Shown here piece by piece: positions 35,856 through 49,283 of a stretch of 64,000 bases of DNA. Location of the stretch: positions 736,001 to 800,000 of the forward strand of contig NZ_CP186926.1 of NCBI RefSeq assembly GCF_049554935.1, read 5' to 3'. The notes under the pieces were generated by a model, which was not told the origin of the DNA, did no database searches, and saw only the letters and a program-made list of their open reading frames with translations. Position 1 is the stretch's first letter. Each line of letters starts with the position of its first letter. Source of the DNA: Methanocaldococcus indicus. Lineage in GTDB: Archaea; AGJL01; Methanococci; Methanococcales; Methanocaldococcaceae. Both the position numbers and the translations under genes were made by a program.

Positions 35856-36116
35856 TTAGTAGATTCCTAACTCTGCTGCAATTTTACTTGCATCATATCC
35901 TTCTTTTAATTTAATATAAGCTTTTTTCTCTCCTTTTGGTGTAATTAATGTATTTACTTTCTCTACTTCAACATCAAACAACTCTTTCATTGCTTTTTTA
36001 ATATCTTGTTTTGTTGCCTTTCTATGGACTATAAATACTAATTTATTTTCCTCTTCTAACAACCTTATTGCTTTTTCTGTCACAACAGGATATAGTATTA
36101 CATCAAATGGGTCCAT
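35856..36116 (-). CDS. rpl23: 50S ribosomal protein uL23
   Basis: TEKA, KVNTL and KKAYIKL motifs. Confidence 0.97.
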   Translation of the reverse strand: MDPFDVILYPVVTEKAIRLLEEENKLVFIVHRKATKQDIKKAMKELFDVEVEKVNTLITPKGEKKAYIKLKEGYDASKIAAELGIY

Positions 36117-36118
36117 GT

Positions 36119-36880
36119 TTATTCACCGAATCTTTCTTTTAATTTTTCTATTGCTCCTTCTGTGTAGATAGTTAATCTTCCAGCAACTCCTCCAGGAGCT
36201 AAATGTAGGACACTTAAATCTTTAGCAGTTATTACATCAACTCCTGGGAGATTTCTTGATGCTAATATAGCGTCACATTTATCAGAAACAACAACTAATA
36301 CACTTTTTGGTTTTCTATATCTTCTACCTCTCATTTTTCCTTTTCCAGCTCTAATTTTTTTACCTTCCTTAGCTCTTATAACATCATCAGCCAAACCTAA
36401 CTTTTCAAAAACACTATATACTTCTTTTGTTTTCTTTAAGTTTTCAAAGTCATTCTCAACAATAATAGGTAGTTCTTCAACATTAAATATATGTCCTCTT
36501 GCTTTAACTAATTCTACATTTGTTGTAGCTGATAAAGCACTTTTTATGGCTTTAATTCTTTCTTTTTTATTTATTCTTTCCCATAAAATTTTTTTAACTT
36601 TTGGAGGATGTGCTCTTCTTCCACCAACTGTCATTGGTGCTAAAGCAGCTCTTCCTCCTGGTAATCTTGGAACTCTTGCTAATCCATAACCTTTACCATA
36701 ACTTTCTGCACTTCTTCTTTTTCCAGCTAATGGGTCTGTCCCTTTTGGTTGTAATCTTGCAGTAAAAGCTGATAAAAATGCTCTTTTTATTAAATCTGGT
36801 CTGTATTCTGTTTCAAAGAATTCTGGAAGTTCAATATTTTTCACTACCTCTCCATTTAAGTTATAAACCTTAGCTTCCAT
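36119..36880 (-). CDS. rpl4: 50S ribosomal protein uL4
   Basis: [16 protein letters not shown] and [12 protein letters not shown] motifs. Confidence 0.97.
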   Translation of the reverse strand: MEAKVYNLNGEVVKNIELPEFFETEYRPDLIKRAFLSAFTARLQPKGTDPLAGKRRSAESYGKGYGLARVPRLPGGRAALAPMTVGGRRAHPPKVKKILWERINKKERIKAIKSALSATTNVELVKARGHIFNVEELPIIVENDFENLKKTKEVYSVFEKLGLADDVIRAKEGKKIRAGKGKMRGRRYRKPKSVLVVVSDKCDAILASRNLPGVDVITAKDLSVLHLAPGGVAGRLTIYTEGAIEKLKERFGE

Positions 36881-36896
36881 GTTTTATTCACCATTT

Positions 36897-37895
36897 TTAT
36901 TGTTTTGATTCTCTACTAATATATGTAATTTCTGGGACTTTTATTAAAGGTTCTTCTGGTCTTATTGCACTTCTCAATACAATTAATCTTTTTTGTGGTC
37001 CTTGAACACTTCCTTTTAAAACAACATAATCATTCTTTATAACTCCATAGTGTGGAAATCCTCCTTTTGGAGTTATTTCTTCCCCATTATTTCCTATTTT
37101 TAATATTCTTTTGTTGTATTCTGTTCTTTGGTGATATCCCATTTGTCCTGGTCTTGGAACAGTCCACATTATCATTTTAGGTTGCCATGGGTTAATTGAA
37201 CCTACGTGTCTTGCATATCCTTGTCTTTTGTGTTTTCTTGGTTGTATTCTTACTCCCCATCTTTTTATAACTCCTTGGAATCCTTTACCTTTTGTTATTC
37301 CAATTGTATCAATTAATTCTCCTTCTTGGAAGACATCTGTTATTTTCAACTGCTTACCTAAAATTTCTTTTGCGTAGTTTAATCTCTCTTCTATATCTTT
37401 TCCACCAATTCTTATCTCTAATATTTCTGGTTTTTTCTTTGGTAAGCATGTTAATTTAGGATTTGTGTGAATTAGAACTCTAACATCTTCTATTTTATCT
37501 TTTATCTCATCTAAGTAATCAACTGTTTTTCTATCTTCTTTTTTTGGAAGTTGTATTTTTCTATCTAACTCTCTATCTAACTCATCAGCCCAAACTTCTG
37601 TTAAAGTTGTTAAATAGTTTCTTTCATTTCTTCCATAAACTCTAATTCCAAATACATTTATTGGAGGAGCTTCTAAAATTGTTATAGGAGTAAATACTTC
37701 TTGTCCTGCTTTTGGACTTTTTTGGTTATCTTCTTTTATTAAAGCATGGCTCATTCCTGCTTTATAAACAGGGAAAGCTTGCAATCTAACTTTATCTTCA
37801 TCTGGCCAGCTTCTAATTCTTGGCACAGGTCTTTTAGCTCTTTTTCTTGGACTAAATCCTAATGAACCTCTTCTTGGTCTGTGATATTTTACCAT
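36897..37895 (-). CDS. rpl3: 50S ribosomal protein uL3
   Basis: [21 protein letters not shown] and [13 protein letters not shown] motifs. Confidence 0.98.
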   Translation of the reverse strand: MVKYHRPRRGSLGFSPRKRAKRPVPRIRSWPDEDKVRLQAFPVYKAGMSHALIKEDNQKSPKAGQEVFTPITILEAPPINVFGIRVYGRNERNYLTTLTEVWADELDRELDRKIQLPKKEDRKTVDYLDEIKDKIEDVRVLIHTNPKLTCLPKKKPEILEIRIGGKDIEERLNYAKEILGKQLKITDVFQEGELIDTIGITKGKGFQGVIKRWGVRIQPRKHKRQGYARHVGSINPWQPKMIMWTVPRPGQMGYHQRTEYNKRILKIGNNGEEITPKGGFPHYGVIKNDYVVLKGSVQGPQKRLIVLRSAIRPEEPLIKVPEITYISRESKQ

Positions 37896-37963
37896 ACTAA
37901 ATAACCTCCTAAATTTATTTAAGTTATGAGAAATGAACTATGAATATATAACTTTTGTTGTAT

Positions 37964-38001
37964 ATGACCTGTCATTGCCCTAAATGGGCTTTTCAGGTTA
38001 T
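37964..38001 (-). promoter_or_regulatory. Candidate structured leader hairpin upstream of rpl3, between two BRE/TATA promoters
   Basis: ACCUG-AAAA-GCCC-AUUUA-GGGC-AAUGA-CAGGU; promoters at 38062-38047 and 37957-37945. Confidence 0.45.
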
Positions 38002-38119
38002 CCCCTTATAAAAGAGAATTAGCTTTAAAATTAAATATGTATATTATATATAAAACTTTTGGTAGTTAAATCTCTTATAAAATTAATTATTCTGGCTATT
38101 GGTTATACAGGGTGGATAA

Positions 38120-39004
38120 ATGGATAAATTAATATATTTCCCTTTATTAGGATTTTTGTTATCTTTGATACTAACAAAGATTATAATTAAAAAAATAAAA
38201 AAGTTTGGTTATGATATTCATAAATTGGAAAGATATAAAGTACCAGAAATGGGAGGATTAGCAGTATTGTTATCATCTTGTTTAGTTTTTCCATATATAA
38301 ATTTAGAATTTTTAGTTCCTATATTATCTACTGGAATTGTTGGAGTTATTGATGATTTATCAAATTTATCTCCAAAAGAAAAGTTAATATTGTTATTTTT
38401 AGTTGGTTTCTTTTTTGGTTTAACTTTTAATGTATATTTTGCAATAGGTTTGGGTATAATGTTTATGGTTTTCTCAAATTTAACAAATATGTTAGCAGGG
38501 TTTAATGGATTAGAAGTTGGTTTAGGTGTTCTCTCATCTCTATTCTTAGGAATTATATTGTTGTTAGATAATCAATATATAGGATTTATTGCATGTTTAA
38601 CATTTTCTTTTATCTATTTAGGATTATTATTCTATAATAGATATCCAGCTAAAATATTCCCAGGAGATTGTGGAACTTTGCCAATAGGTGCATTCTTATC
38701 ATTTATATCATTATATTACAATGAAATTATTCCATTTTTTATAATAATGGCTCCCTATATAATTGATGCATCTTTAAAATATTTATCAGCAGGAGTTATG
38801 AGTAGAGATGAGCATAAACCAACAACAATAAGAGAAGATGGAAAACTTTATTACATCTCAGGATACTTATCATTACCAAGGTTAATATTAAAGATTAAAC
38901 CTATGAAAGAGTATTATTTAGTTTCAGTTATCTTGCTAATTGAGGTTTTATTTGGCATTTTAGCAATAGTATTTAAGGAGATAGTATGGACTTTTCTTAC
39001 ATAA
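38120..39004 (+). CDS. MraY/GPT family GlcNAc-1-phosphate transferase (AglH-like)
   Basis: PEMGG, GVIDD, TNMLAGFNG and IFPGD motifs. Confidence 0.88.
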   Translation: MDKLIYFPLLGFLLSLILTKIIIKKIKKFGYDIHKLERYKVPEMGGLAVLLSSCLVFPYINLEFLVPILSTGIVGVIDDLSNLSPKEKLILLFLVGFFFGLTFNVYFAIGLGIMFMVFSNLTNMLAGFNGLEVGLGVLSSLFLGIILLLDNQYIGFIACLTFSFIYLGLLFYNRYPAKIFPGDCGTLPIGAFLSFISLYYNEIIPFFIIMAPYIIDASLKYLSAGVMSRDEHKPTTIREDGKLYYISGYLSLPRLILKIKPMKEYYLVSVILLIEVLFGILAIVFKEIVWTFLT

Positions 39005-39225
39005 ATTTGGAGTTTGAAGAGGTTGAAATAGAAATAAATAAAAACTCATTAAAAACAAAAAGGAAATTTGCATTTTTATTAGATGAAGGTGATATTCTAA
39101 TAGAAAAAATAAATAATCTATATGCTAATGATGAGGTTGAGGTTGTTGAAAGTTATAAAATAGACAACAATATACCAAAAGAAAAAGTAAAACTATATAA
39201 AATAAAAAAAATAGAGAGGTTATAA
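38986..39225 (+). CDS. Small hypothetical protein
   Basis: ORF with AAGGAG RBS, coupled in an operon. Confidence 0.6.
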   Translation: MDFSYINLEFEEVEIEINKNSLKTKRKFAFLLDEGDILIEKINNLYANDEVEVVESYKIDNNIPKEKVKLYKIKKIERL

Positions 39226-39226
39226 G

Positions 39227-39502
39227 ATGGAAATTGAAGGTAAGTGTTGTTTAATTCATACTATTGGTGGTTTAATTTTTGGATATTTTGCAAATTATGT
39301 ATATACATCAGGATTGGGTATATTTAGTGGAATAACAACATTAATTTATTTATTTATAGGAGCAGTTATATTTGGACATCTTACTGCAAAAATTTTAGGA
39401 GAAGAAAGTTTAAATCAAAAACAATGGTTATCTTCTGGAGTTTTCCCATTCTATTTAATAGCCATTATAGTGTGGATACTAAAATATAATTCAATAATAT
39501 AA
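39227..39502 (+). CDS. Small 3-TM protein, archaeal EMC6-like (DUF5379)
   Basis: Three transmembrane helices; W..SG..PF....W...YN C-terminus. Confidence 0.65.
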   Translation: MEIEGKCCLIHTIGGLIFGYFANYVYTSGLGIFSGITTLIYLFIGAVIFGHLTAKILGEESLNQKQWLSSGVFPFYLIAIIVWILKYNSII

Positions 39503-39594
39503 ATTAATAAATACATTTTTATTTTCATAAGTTTTATATAATGTAATGTAAGTTTTAATTTTAAGCAAACTTTAAAAATATTAAATTATTTAAG

Positions 39595-39996
39595 GTGAAA
39601 GAGATGCCAGGAACAAAACAAGTCAATGTTGGTTCTTTAAAAGTTGGACAGTATGTAATGATTGATGGAATTCCATGTGAGATAGTAGATATTAGTGTCT
39701 CAAAACCAGGAAAACATGGTGGAGCAAAGGCAAGAGTTGTAGGTATTGGAATATTTGAAAAAGTTAAAAAAGAGTTTGTTGCTCCAACATCAAGTAAAGT
39801 AGAAGTTCCAATTATTGACAGAAGAAGAGGACAAGTTATTGCAGTAGTTGGAGAAACTGCTCAAATTATGGACTATGAAACTTATGAAACCTTAGAATTG
39901 CCAATTCCAGAAGGTATTGAATTAGAGCCAGGACAAGATGTTGAGTATATTGAAGCTGTTGGACAATACAAAATAACAAGAGCAATAAAACAATAA
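39595..39996 (+). CDS. eif5a: Translation factor aIF5A
   Basis: SKPGKHGGAK hypusine motif. Confidence 0.97.
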   Translation: MKEMPGTKQVNVGSLKVGQYVMIDGIPCEIVDISVSKPGKHGGAKARVVGIGIFEKVKKEFVAPTSSKVEVPIIDRRRGQVIAVVGETAQIMDYETYETLELPIPEGIELEPGQDVEYIEAVGQYKITRAIKQ

Positions 39997-40013
39997 AAAA
40001 TTAAAGATGTAAA

Positions 40014-42058
<2,045 letters not shown>

Positions 42059-42062
42059 AAAT

Positions 42063-42272
42063 ATGGCTATTGAGATAATAGTTGATAAAGAGAAGTGTAT
42101 TGGATGTGGGAGATGTTATGATGTGTGCCCAAAAGCTCCTTTAATTTGGAAGAAAGATGGAAATAATAAATACTATGCATACAACACAGAATATTGTCAT
42201 AATTGCAAGTTTTGTGCTGGAAGATGTCCTACAAATGCTATTAAGGTTATTGTCAAGAGAGTGAAAAGATGA
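42063..42272 (+). CDS. 2[4Fe-4S] ferredoxin
   Basis: CIGCGRCYDVCP and CHNCKFCAGRCP. Confidence 0.92.
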   Translation: MAIEIIVDKEKCIGCGRCYDVCPKAPLIWKKDGNNKYYAYNTEYCHNCKFCAGRCPTNAIKVIVKRVKR

Positions 42273-43174
42273 GGAGTTTAAAAGAAAGATTTTCTCATAT
42301 AACAAAAGTCCATCCATGTTTTAATGAAAAAGTTCATGATAAAGTTGGAAGAGTGCATTTACCAGTAGCACCAAGATGTAATATTGCATGTAAGTTTTGT
42401 ATAAGGAGTGTTAAAGATAAAGATTACAGACCAGGAGTTTCAGAGTTGATATTAAAACCAGAGGAGGTAGAAGAATATTTAAATAGAATTTTAAAAGAAA
42501 TTCCAAATATAAAAGTAGTTGGTATTGCAGGACCAGGAGACAGTTTATTTAATAAAGAAACTTTTGAAACTCTCAAAATTATTGATGAAAAGTTTCCAGA
42601 TTTAATAAAATGTCTATCAACTAATGGCTTATTATTATCAAAATACTACAAAGACTTAGCAGATTTAAATGTTAGAACTGTAACAGTTACAATAAATGCA
42701 GTTAAGCCAGAAATATTAAAAGATATTGTTGAATGGGTTTATTATAACAAAAAAGTTTATAAAGGAGAAGAAGGAGCAAAAATATTAATAAAAAATCAGT
42801 TGGATGGTTTAAAAAAGGCTTATGATGAAGGACTTATTATAAAGGTAAATACTGTTTTAATTCCAGAGATAAATATGAATCATATTTTAGAAATATCAAG
42901 AGCTGTTAAAGATTATGCATATATACAGAATATAATTCCTCTCATTCCACTCTATAAAATGAAACATTTAAGACCACCAACATGTGAAGAAATTAAGAAA
43001 ATTAGAGAGGAAGCAGAGAAAATAATTCCACAATTTAGAGCTTGTGGGCAGTGTAGAGCAGATTCAGTAGGATTAATAAAAGAAAGAAAAATATTATTAG
43101 ATTTCTTTAAAGAGAAAAATAGACCTCTAAAAAAAGATATTGACTTATTTAACTTAAAGCATTTTTCTCATTAA
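42269..43174 (+). CDS. nifB: Single-domain NifB radical SAM protein
   Basis: HPC, HLPVAPRCNIACKFC, RPG, GIAGPGD, STNG and CGQCRAD motifs. Confidence 0.9.
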   Translation: MRSLKERFSHITKVHPCFNEKVHDKVGRVHLPVAPRCNIACKFCIRSVKDKDYRPGVSELILKPEEVEEYLNRILKEIPNIKVVGIAGPGDSLFNKETFETLKIIDEKFPDLIKCLSTNGLLLSKYYKDLADLNVRTVTVTINAVKPEILKDIVEWVYYNKKVYKGEEGAKILIKNQLDGLKKAYDEGLIIKVNTVLIPEINMNHILEISRAVKDYAYIQNIIPLIPLYKMKHLRPPTCEEIKKIREEAEKIIPQFRACGQCRADSVGLIKERKILLDFFKEKNRPLKKDIDLFNLKHFSH

Positions 43175-43491
43175 TCTCTTAAATATTTATAAAAATGAGG
43201 TTCTTCATAATTTTTTAAATCTCTAACAAATGGACAATCTTTTGGAAATACTCTTGCTAATATTCCTTCTATAACTGTTAAACAATCATATTTAAACCTT
43301 TCATTATAAACTTTACATAACTTTTTTTCTTTATCAAAATGCTCACAATAAATTAATTCTAACCCTTTTTCTGTCTTATATGCATGTATTATACAACATC
43401 TTCCACATCTTTCACATTTCTCAGGAGGAAACAATTCTTTACTTATCTTTATTGCATGTTCCTTAGAATATCTCAAACTAAAAACCTCCAT
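43171..43491 (-). CDS. YkgJ-like cysteine-cluster protein
   Basis: CERCGRCC...C...CKVY..R. Confidence 0.75.
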   Translation of the reverse strand: MEVFSLRYSKEHAIKISKELFPPEKCERCGRCCIIHAYKTEKGLELIYCEHFDKEKKLCKVYNERFKYDCLTVIEGILARVFPKDCPFVRDLKNYEEPHFYKYLRD

Positions 43492-43637
43492 TATATAATA
43501 TATTCATATAAATCATTTTTTTGGTGTAATTATTAAGTAATTCATAAATTTTATATAGGTAATTAGATTTAGTAATTAAATAACTATTCTACTTTATATA
43601 ACAAAACTTTATTATATAAAAATGTATTGGTGATAGT

Positions 43638-45110
43638 GTGAAATTACCTAAAATTATGTTGAAAATTCTACCTGTTATAGTGGGGTATATTGTATTGGGG
43701 ATAGTATTCTCCATTTTAGTTATAAGTTCAGCACCAAATTTGATGAACTATGGTATTATATTTATTATATTATTTATAATTTTTGGAATAATTTCGTTGA
43801 TTTACTTACAAAAAACATTAATAGCTCCAATAGTTAATTTAAGCAAATTTAGCAGAGAAATTTTAGATGGAAATATAGAGATTGATGAAGAAAAAATAAA
43901 AATTAGTAATGATGAAATTGGAGACATTTATAAAGGATTTTTAGAGTTACATAAAAAGCTATATGAATTAGATAAAAAAATAAAAGAGTATCAAAAAGAT
44001 GTTAAATCATTAATTAAAGAAATAACTCAAGTTATGGAAGGTATAGTAAATGGAGATTTAACTGTCAGAATGAATGAAAATAGAAAAAGAAACAAACTTC
44101 AAAAATTAATTAACCAGGCCTTAGATGAATTAGCTAAAATGATTTGCAGTTTAACAAGTGTTGTATTTTTCTTAAAAGAAGAAATTGAAAAAGCAAGAAA
44201 AGAAGTGGAAAGACTACAAGAAGCTTCTGAACAGATAGCAGATGCTTCACAACAAGTAGCTACAGCAGCAACAGACCAATCAACAAAACTACAAGATATA
44301 AGTCAAGAGTTAGAGGATGTTACAAATATAACAAGAGGTGTTTATGACTCTGCTGTTAGTGGAGTTGATGCTGTTAGAGTAGTAGAAGATTCTACAAACT
44401 TAGGTGTTGAAAAGGTTGAGCACGCAATTGAAACAATGCAAAGAATTGCAAACGTTATAGATGAGTTAGGTAGAGCTTTAGAAGAGTTAGGTAGAGAAAG
44501 CCAAAAAATTAATGAGATAACCGCTCTAATTAAAGATATTGCCGAACAAACAGGATTATTAGCATTAAACGCATCTATTGAAGCGGCAAGAGCAGGAGAT
44601 GCTGGAAGAGGTTTCGCCGTTGTCGCAAGTGAAATTAAAGGTTTAGCTGAAGAGATTGGTAAGTCTGTTGATGATATTAATAAAACTATAAGTGAAATAC
44701 AAGAGAAAATTAATAAAACAATTGATTTAGGGTTAGCAGGGAAGGAAGAGGTTGATAAAGGAGTTGTCGCAATTGATGAAGTTAATAATGCATTTATGAA
44801 AATTAAGGAGAGTGTTGATTTAGTAAATCAAAAGATGGAAGAGATAAAATCAGCGGCTGAAAAAGCTGCTGAGAGTATTCAAGCCGCTTTAAGAGATGTG
44901 CAAGATGTCGCTTCTATATCTGAAGAGTTCGCCGCTACCGCTGAAGAATTAACCGCTTCTACAGAAGAATTAAATGCTTCAATAAGTACATTTAGAGAGA
45001 TTATTAGTAAATTAGAAAAAAAAGCCTTAGAAGCTGAGGAATTAAGTAAGAGATTTAAAGTAACATGCTCTTCAAATGTTACTCCAAATGTTACTCAATC
45101 TAAAAATTAA
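43638..45110 (+). CDS. Methyl-accepting chemotaxis protein (2 TM, no large sensor domain, HAMP, MA)
   Basis: DEIG HAMP motif; [30 protein letters not shown]. Confidence 0.93.
   Translation: MKLPKIMLKILPVIVGYIVLGIVFSILVISSAPNLMNYGIIFIILFIIFGIISLIYLQKTLIAPIVNLSKFSREILDGNIEIDEEKIKISNDEIGDIYKGFLELHKKLYELDKKIKEYQKDVKSLIKEITQVMEGIVNGDLTVRMNENRKRNKLQKLINQALDELAKMICSLTSVVFFLKEEIEKARKEVERLQEASEQIADASQQVATAATDQSTKLQDISQELEDVTNITRGVYDSAVSGVDAVRVVEDSTNLGVEKVEHAIETMQRIANVIDELGRALEELGRESQKINEITALIKDIAEQTGLLALNASIEAARAGDAGRGFAVVASEIKGLAEEIGKSVDDINKTISEIQEKINKTIDLGLAGKEEVDKGVVAIDEVNNAFMKIKESVDLVNQKMEEIKSAAEKAAESIQAALRDVQDVASISEEFAATAEELTASTEELNASISTFREIISKLEKKALEAEELSKRFKVTCSSNVTPNVTQSKN
44250..44978 (+). 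repeat. 729-bp dispersed direct repeat, copy 1 (MCP signalling domain)
   Basis: Nearly identical to 58467-59195 at a constant offset of 14217. Confidence 0.92.
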
Positions 45111-45287
45111 ATACACATATTCAATATCTTATATAAATCAGTTAAAAAAATTTATTTTAAGTATCATTAAAATACTTTTACCAATGATATTTTTATATAA
45201 CTTATCTTATAATATAAGTTAATTTATTGTAGTTAAAATAGTATTAATGTATAAAATATATAGAAATCTAATGTGTGGGGATATTGT

Positions 45288-46982
45288 ATGAAAAAAATAA
45301 ATTTAATGCCCATCATATTTGCAATTGCCATATTCTTATTTATTTTAGATGGATTGTTGGCTATATTTCTAAAAAATGCATTTATTTCTATATTTATATC
45401 ATTAATTTTTTCGGCAATTTTAGCATTTTCAATTTGTAAAATAATTAAATACAACATTAAAAAACTTGAAGAGTTTTTAGATTTATGTCTAAAAGAAGAT
45501 AAAATAGACAAAGATTTAAAACTTATTGCTGAATTTGACAATATCTATAGAAAATTAATTATTTTAGTTGAAGAATTCCACAAAGAAAGAGAAAAAATAA
45601 AAGAAATGAGTAAAGAAATTTCCCAAACAATTAAAGAAGCTATAGAAGCTTTAGAGAAGCTTGCTGAAGGTGATTTTTCAGTTAGATTAAATGAAAATAG
45701 AAAAAGAAACAAATTTCAAAAAATGTTTAATAAAGCAATTGAGAGAGTATCTAAAATCATTGAAAACATTAGACTGGAAGTTCTTGAATTAAATAGACAA
45801 ATTGAAATATTAAGAAAAGAAACTAAAAAAGCTAAAGAATCAATTGAACAAATATCAGATTCAGCCCAAGAAGTAGCAAATGCAGCAGCTGACCAATCTT
45901 CAAAACTACAAGATATAAGTAGAGAAGTAGAGGAGACAAGTAACTTAGCCAAAAACACAGAGAAGTTATCAAAAGAAGGTGTAGAATTAGCAATTCAAGT
46001 AAATAATAAAGCTGATGAAGGATTAAAGAAAGTAGAGCATGCTGTTGATGCAATGAACAAAATCTCTTCTGTTATTGAAGATTTAAGTAAAGCTATTATA
46101 GAGTTAGGTGAAAAATCTAAAAAAATTAATGAAGTCACTAACTTAATTAGAGATATTGCTAAACAAACAGGACTATTAGCTCTAAATGCATCTATTGAAG
46201 CGGCAAGAGCAGGAGAAGTAGGAAAAGGTTTTGCAGTTGTTGCAAGTGAAATTAAAGGTTTAGCTGAGGAAATTAGTAGGTCAATTGACAACATAAATAA
46301 AATAATTGAAGAAATTAGTGCTCAAGTTGATAAAACTGTAAATTTAGGAACAATAGGTAAGCAGGAAGTAGATAAAGGAGTTGTAGCTGTTGATGACGTT
46401 AATAAAACTTTCTTAGAAATTAAAGAAGGTATATCTCAAACTCTTGAAAAAATAAAAACTATTAAAGAATCAGCTGATAACACAATAGTTAATATGGAAA
46501 AAGCACTTAGAGATATCCAAGATATTGCATCTATAGCAGAGGAATTTACTGCAACAGCTGAAGAACTGTCTGCTATAACTGAAGAAGAAAGAAAAGCTTT
46601 AAATGAAATAGAGAAAGTTATTGTAGAATTAGAAAAAGTTTCCCAATCTGTAAGAGACAATGTAATGAAAATAAAAACTTATAAATCAATAACAGTAGAT
46701 GAAGCATATAAACTACTAAATAATCCTAACTATGTCTTTTTAAATGTTGTTCCAAAAGTTAAATATACTGGAAGAATTCCTAATTCACTATATATTCCAA
46801 TTAATGAATTAAAGGATAGATTAAATGAAATTCCAAAAGATAAAAAAATTATTGTTTATTGTCTAAAAGGATTTACAAGTCCAGCAGGATATAGAATTTT
46901 AAAAGAGCATGGATATGATGTAGTCAATATGGAAGGTGGATTAGAAGCTTGGATGAAAAAAGGTTATCCTGTTGAAGATTAA
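45288..46982 (+). CDS. Methyl-accepting chemotaxis protein with C-terminal rhodanese domain
   Basis: [17 protein letters not shown]; C-terminal [14 protein letters not shown]...[13 protein letters not shown]. Confidence 0.9.
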   Translation: MKKINLMPIIFAIAIFLFILDGLLAIFLKNAFISIFISLIFSAILAFSICKIIKYNIKKLEEFLDLCLKEDKIDKDLKLIAEFDNIYRKLIILVEEFHKEREKIKEMSKEISQTIKEAIEALEKLAEGDFSVRLNENRKRNKFQKMFNKAIERVSKIIENIRLEVLELNRQIEILRKETKKAKESIEQISDSAQEVANAAADQSSKLQDISREVEETSNLAKNTEKLSKEGVELAIQVNNKADEGLKKVEHAVDAMNKISSVIEDLSKAIIELGEKSKKINEVTNLIRDIAKQTGLLALNASIEAARAGEVGKGFAVVASEIKGLAEEISRSIDNINKIIEEISAQVDKTVNLGTIGKQEVDKGVVAVDDVNKTFLEIKEGISQTLEKIKTIKESADNTIVNMEKALRDIQDIASIAEEFTATAEELSAITEEERKALNEIEKVIVELEKVSQSVRDNVMKIKTYKSITVDEAYKLLNNPNYVFLNVVPKVKYTGRIPNSLYIPINELKDRLNEIPKDKKIIVYCLKGFTSPAGYRILKEHGYDVVNMEGGLEAWMKKGYPVED

Positions 46983-48148
46983 AATCTAATATGCTCATAA
47001 ATTGTCTCAGTTTTTGTCATTTTGTATCCAATAACTGCTCCAATTCCAGCAGGAATAGAAAAATCAAAGCCAAAAATCTCTGTGCATAAAACAGATGTTC
47101 CTAATGGTGTATTTGTAGTAGAGGATAAGACAGTAGCAATACCTAAAACTACATAAGGAGCTATATTTTCTACTCCCAAAATATCACCATATAGAGCTCC
47201 TGCAATAGCTCCAATACACATAGCTGGAAAAACTAAACCTCCAGGAGCTCCTGAACCTATTGTAAAAGATGTTGCAAAAATCTTACCTAACAAAAGTATA
47301 AATAAAAATAATAATCCATATTTTATAATAAATAAATTTTTTATTAATTCTAAACCCATTCCCAAGGATTGAGGAGCTATATATCCAATAAATGAAACTA
47401 TACATCCTCCAATAAATAATTTTAAAGTCCAAGGAATATTTATATTTTCAAAATATTTATTTACATTTTTATATACATACATATATAACGTACCAACATA
47501 AGAGAGTAATATAGCTCCAATAACAAAGAAAATAAAATCTTCTGGTTTTAAGTTATAAATAGGGATATAATTTAAAAAATGTCTTTTATGAGTTATAAGA
47601 TAATAAACAATATAACCAACTAAACTTGCTATTATAGCTGGAAATACATCAAAATATCTAAAATCCTCTCTTTCTATTAACTCACATGAAAATATAGCAG
47701 CTCCAAGAGGGGTAGCAAAAGCTCCTGCTAATCCTCCAGAGATTCCTGTTAAGATTACAAGGTCTCTATTTTTTAATTTTAATCCTCTATATATAAAGTT
47801 ATCAGCAAAGCAAGCACTTGCAAATACACAAGTTCCTTCTTTTCCAGCACTACCACCAACTCCTATTATAAAACCAGATAAAAAAACCTTTAAAGCTCCA
47901 AAATACCAGAATAGCTTTTCATTCTCATTTAAAGCTTTTAAAACATAGTTAATACCAGAACCTCTAATTATTGGAAAAAAATCAACAACAACTCCACATA
48001 ACAAGAAAACAACTGGAATTAAATATATATTGTTATGATATGGAAAATTATGAATAATTAATGTTAAAATAATAGAGCTTATTCCTCCAACAATTCCAAT
48101 AATAGAAGCTAAACTAATAACTTTTAATAATTTAATTATATTTTTCAT
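46979..48148 (-). CDS. ClC-family chloride channel/antiporter
   Basis: GSGIN, GKEG, FATPLG and PGGLVFP signatures. Confidence 0.88.
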   Translation of the reverse strand: MKNIIKLLKVISLASIIGIVGGISSIILTLIIHNFPYHNNIYLIPVVFLLCGVVVDFFPIIRGSGINYVLKALNENEKLFWYFGALKVFLSGFIIGVGGSAGKEGTCVFASACFADNFIYRGLKLKNRDLVILTGISGGLAGAFATPLGAAIFSCELIEREDFRYFDVFPAIIASLVGYIVYYLITHKRHFLNYIPIYNLKPEDFIFFVIGAILLSYVGTLYMYVYKNVNKYFENINIPWTLKLFIGGCIVSFIGYIAPQSLGMGLELIKNLFIIKYGLLFLFILLLGKIFATSFTIGSGAPGGLVFPAMCIGAIAGALYGDILGVENIAPYVVLGIATVLSSTTNTPLGTSVLCTEIFGFDFSIPAGIGAVIGYKMTKTETIYEHIRF

Positions 48149-48161
48149 ATATTATCACTAA

Positions 48162-48443
48162 TTATTTTATTACTCCTTCTTTACTTAACCTTAATAGTTC
48201 ATTTATATAATTTCTAAAACTTTCTTTACCTTTATCTGTTATTTTAATTATTGACTTTAATTTTCCTTTATGAATAATTTTTATAATTTCTATGTAATTA
48301 ACTTTTTCTAAGATTTTTAAATGATGTTCTAAATTTCCATCAGTTAAGTTAAGTTTTTCTTTTAGATAGCTAAATTCACAAAATTCCCTACCATATAAAG
48401 TAGCTAAAATTTTTACTCTTATTTCAGAGTTAAATATTTTCAT
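48162..48443 (-). CDS. ArsR-like winged-helix transcriptional regulator
   Basis: F..LK..L.LTDGNLEHHLK.LE and ITDKG. Confidence 0.85.
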   Translation of the reverse strand: MKIFNSEIRVKILATLYGREFCEFSYLKEKLNLTDGNLEHHLKILEKVNYIEIIKIIHKGKLKSIIKITDKGKESFRNYINELLRLSKEGVIK

Positions 48444-48967
48444 AATTTCACAATTAAGAAAGAAATTGAAACAGCAAAAAATCCAAAACTTAATATTAAA
48501 TAATTATAACTATTAAATATATAGATTGGTATAGACAGGAACATTAAGAATAATCCTAACAATTTCCTTTTCTTTGAGTTAAATAGTATTCCATCAATAC
48601 ACAAAAAGAAACCAAAAAATATAGATATAATAATAGGTAGTAGTTTTAGAGAAATAAATGAAGCTATAATAAACAAGAGAGTTACAGCAATCAATCCATA
48701 AAATATAATACTTTCTAAAACTTTTTCAAAGTAGCATTTAGTTCTTTTAAAGAGTTCTTTATGTCTAATTATTATTAATCCACATATAAGTATAATTATT
48801 GGTTCTAAGAAAATCAATAGTTTATATTCAAACTTAAGTAAAATAAAAAGAATTAGAAATACAATTCCTAAGAAAAAATATGATACAAAATAAACAAAGC
48901 ATTTATATTTTATATCTTCATCTTTATAGCTATCATCTATTAATTCAAGTATATCATCTACTTTCAT
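48440..48967 (-). CDS. Hypothetical multi-pass membrane protein
   Basis: About six hydrophobic helices; overlaps the regulator start. Confidence 0.7.
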   Translation of the reverse strand: MKVDDILELIDDSYKDEDIKYKCFVYFVSYFFLGIVFLILFILLKFEYKLLIFLEPIIILICGLIIIRHKELFKRTKCYFEKVLESIIFYGLIAVTLLFIIASFISLKLLPIIISIFFGFFLCIDGILFNSKKRKLLGLFLMFLSIPIYIFNSYNYLILSFGFFAVSISFLIVKL

Positions 48968-49283
48968 AGTTACACCTTATATAAATATATACTGGATATT
49001 TTTTGTTATCCTCCCCTATAGCTGTTGTTCTTTCCCTAATATAAAAAATATTTAAATCTTCAAAATCATCAATTATTTTTAGTTCATTATTATTAATATC
49101 TAATAAAATAACTCCTTCAATAAAACTATTTTTATCTTTTATAGCCCCATAATAACCAATATCCTCACAAAATATTCTTTTATACCCATATACTCTTCCT
49201 TTAATCATCTTAGGAATTCTATTTATTAATTTTTTTAACACTTCTTTTTTTGTTAGTTCTCCATAAGCAAATATATTGACCAT
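48954..49283 (-). CDS. Gamma-glutamylcyclotransferase-like protein
   Basis: IFAYG.L, EGV, IDDFE and YIR motifs. Confidence 0.8.
   Translation of the reverse strand: MVNIFAYGELTKKEVLKKLINRIPKMIKGRVYGYKRIFCEDIGYYGAIKDKNSFIEGVILLDINNNELKIIDDFEDLNIFYIRERTTAIGEDNKKYPVYIYIRCNYESR

Noticed and set aside
37964-38001. Hairpin as an archaeal SECIS or canonical K-turn
   Set aside because: It lacks the GAA/A motif directly adjacent to the three G-C pairs, tandem G-A pairs do not register, and no in-frame UGA gene is nearby.
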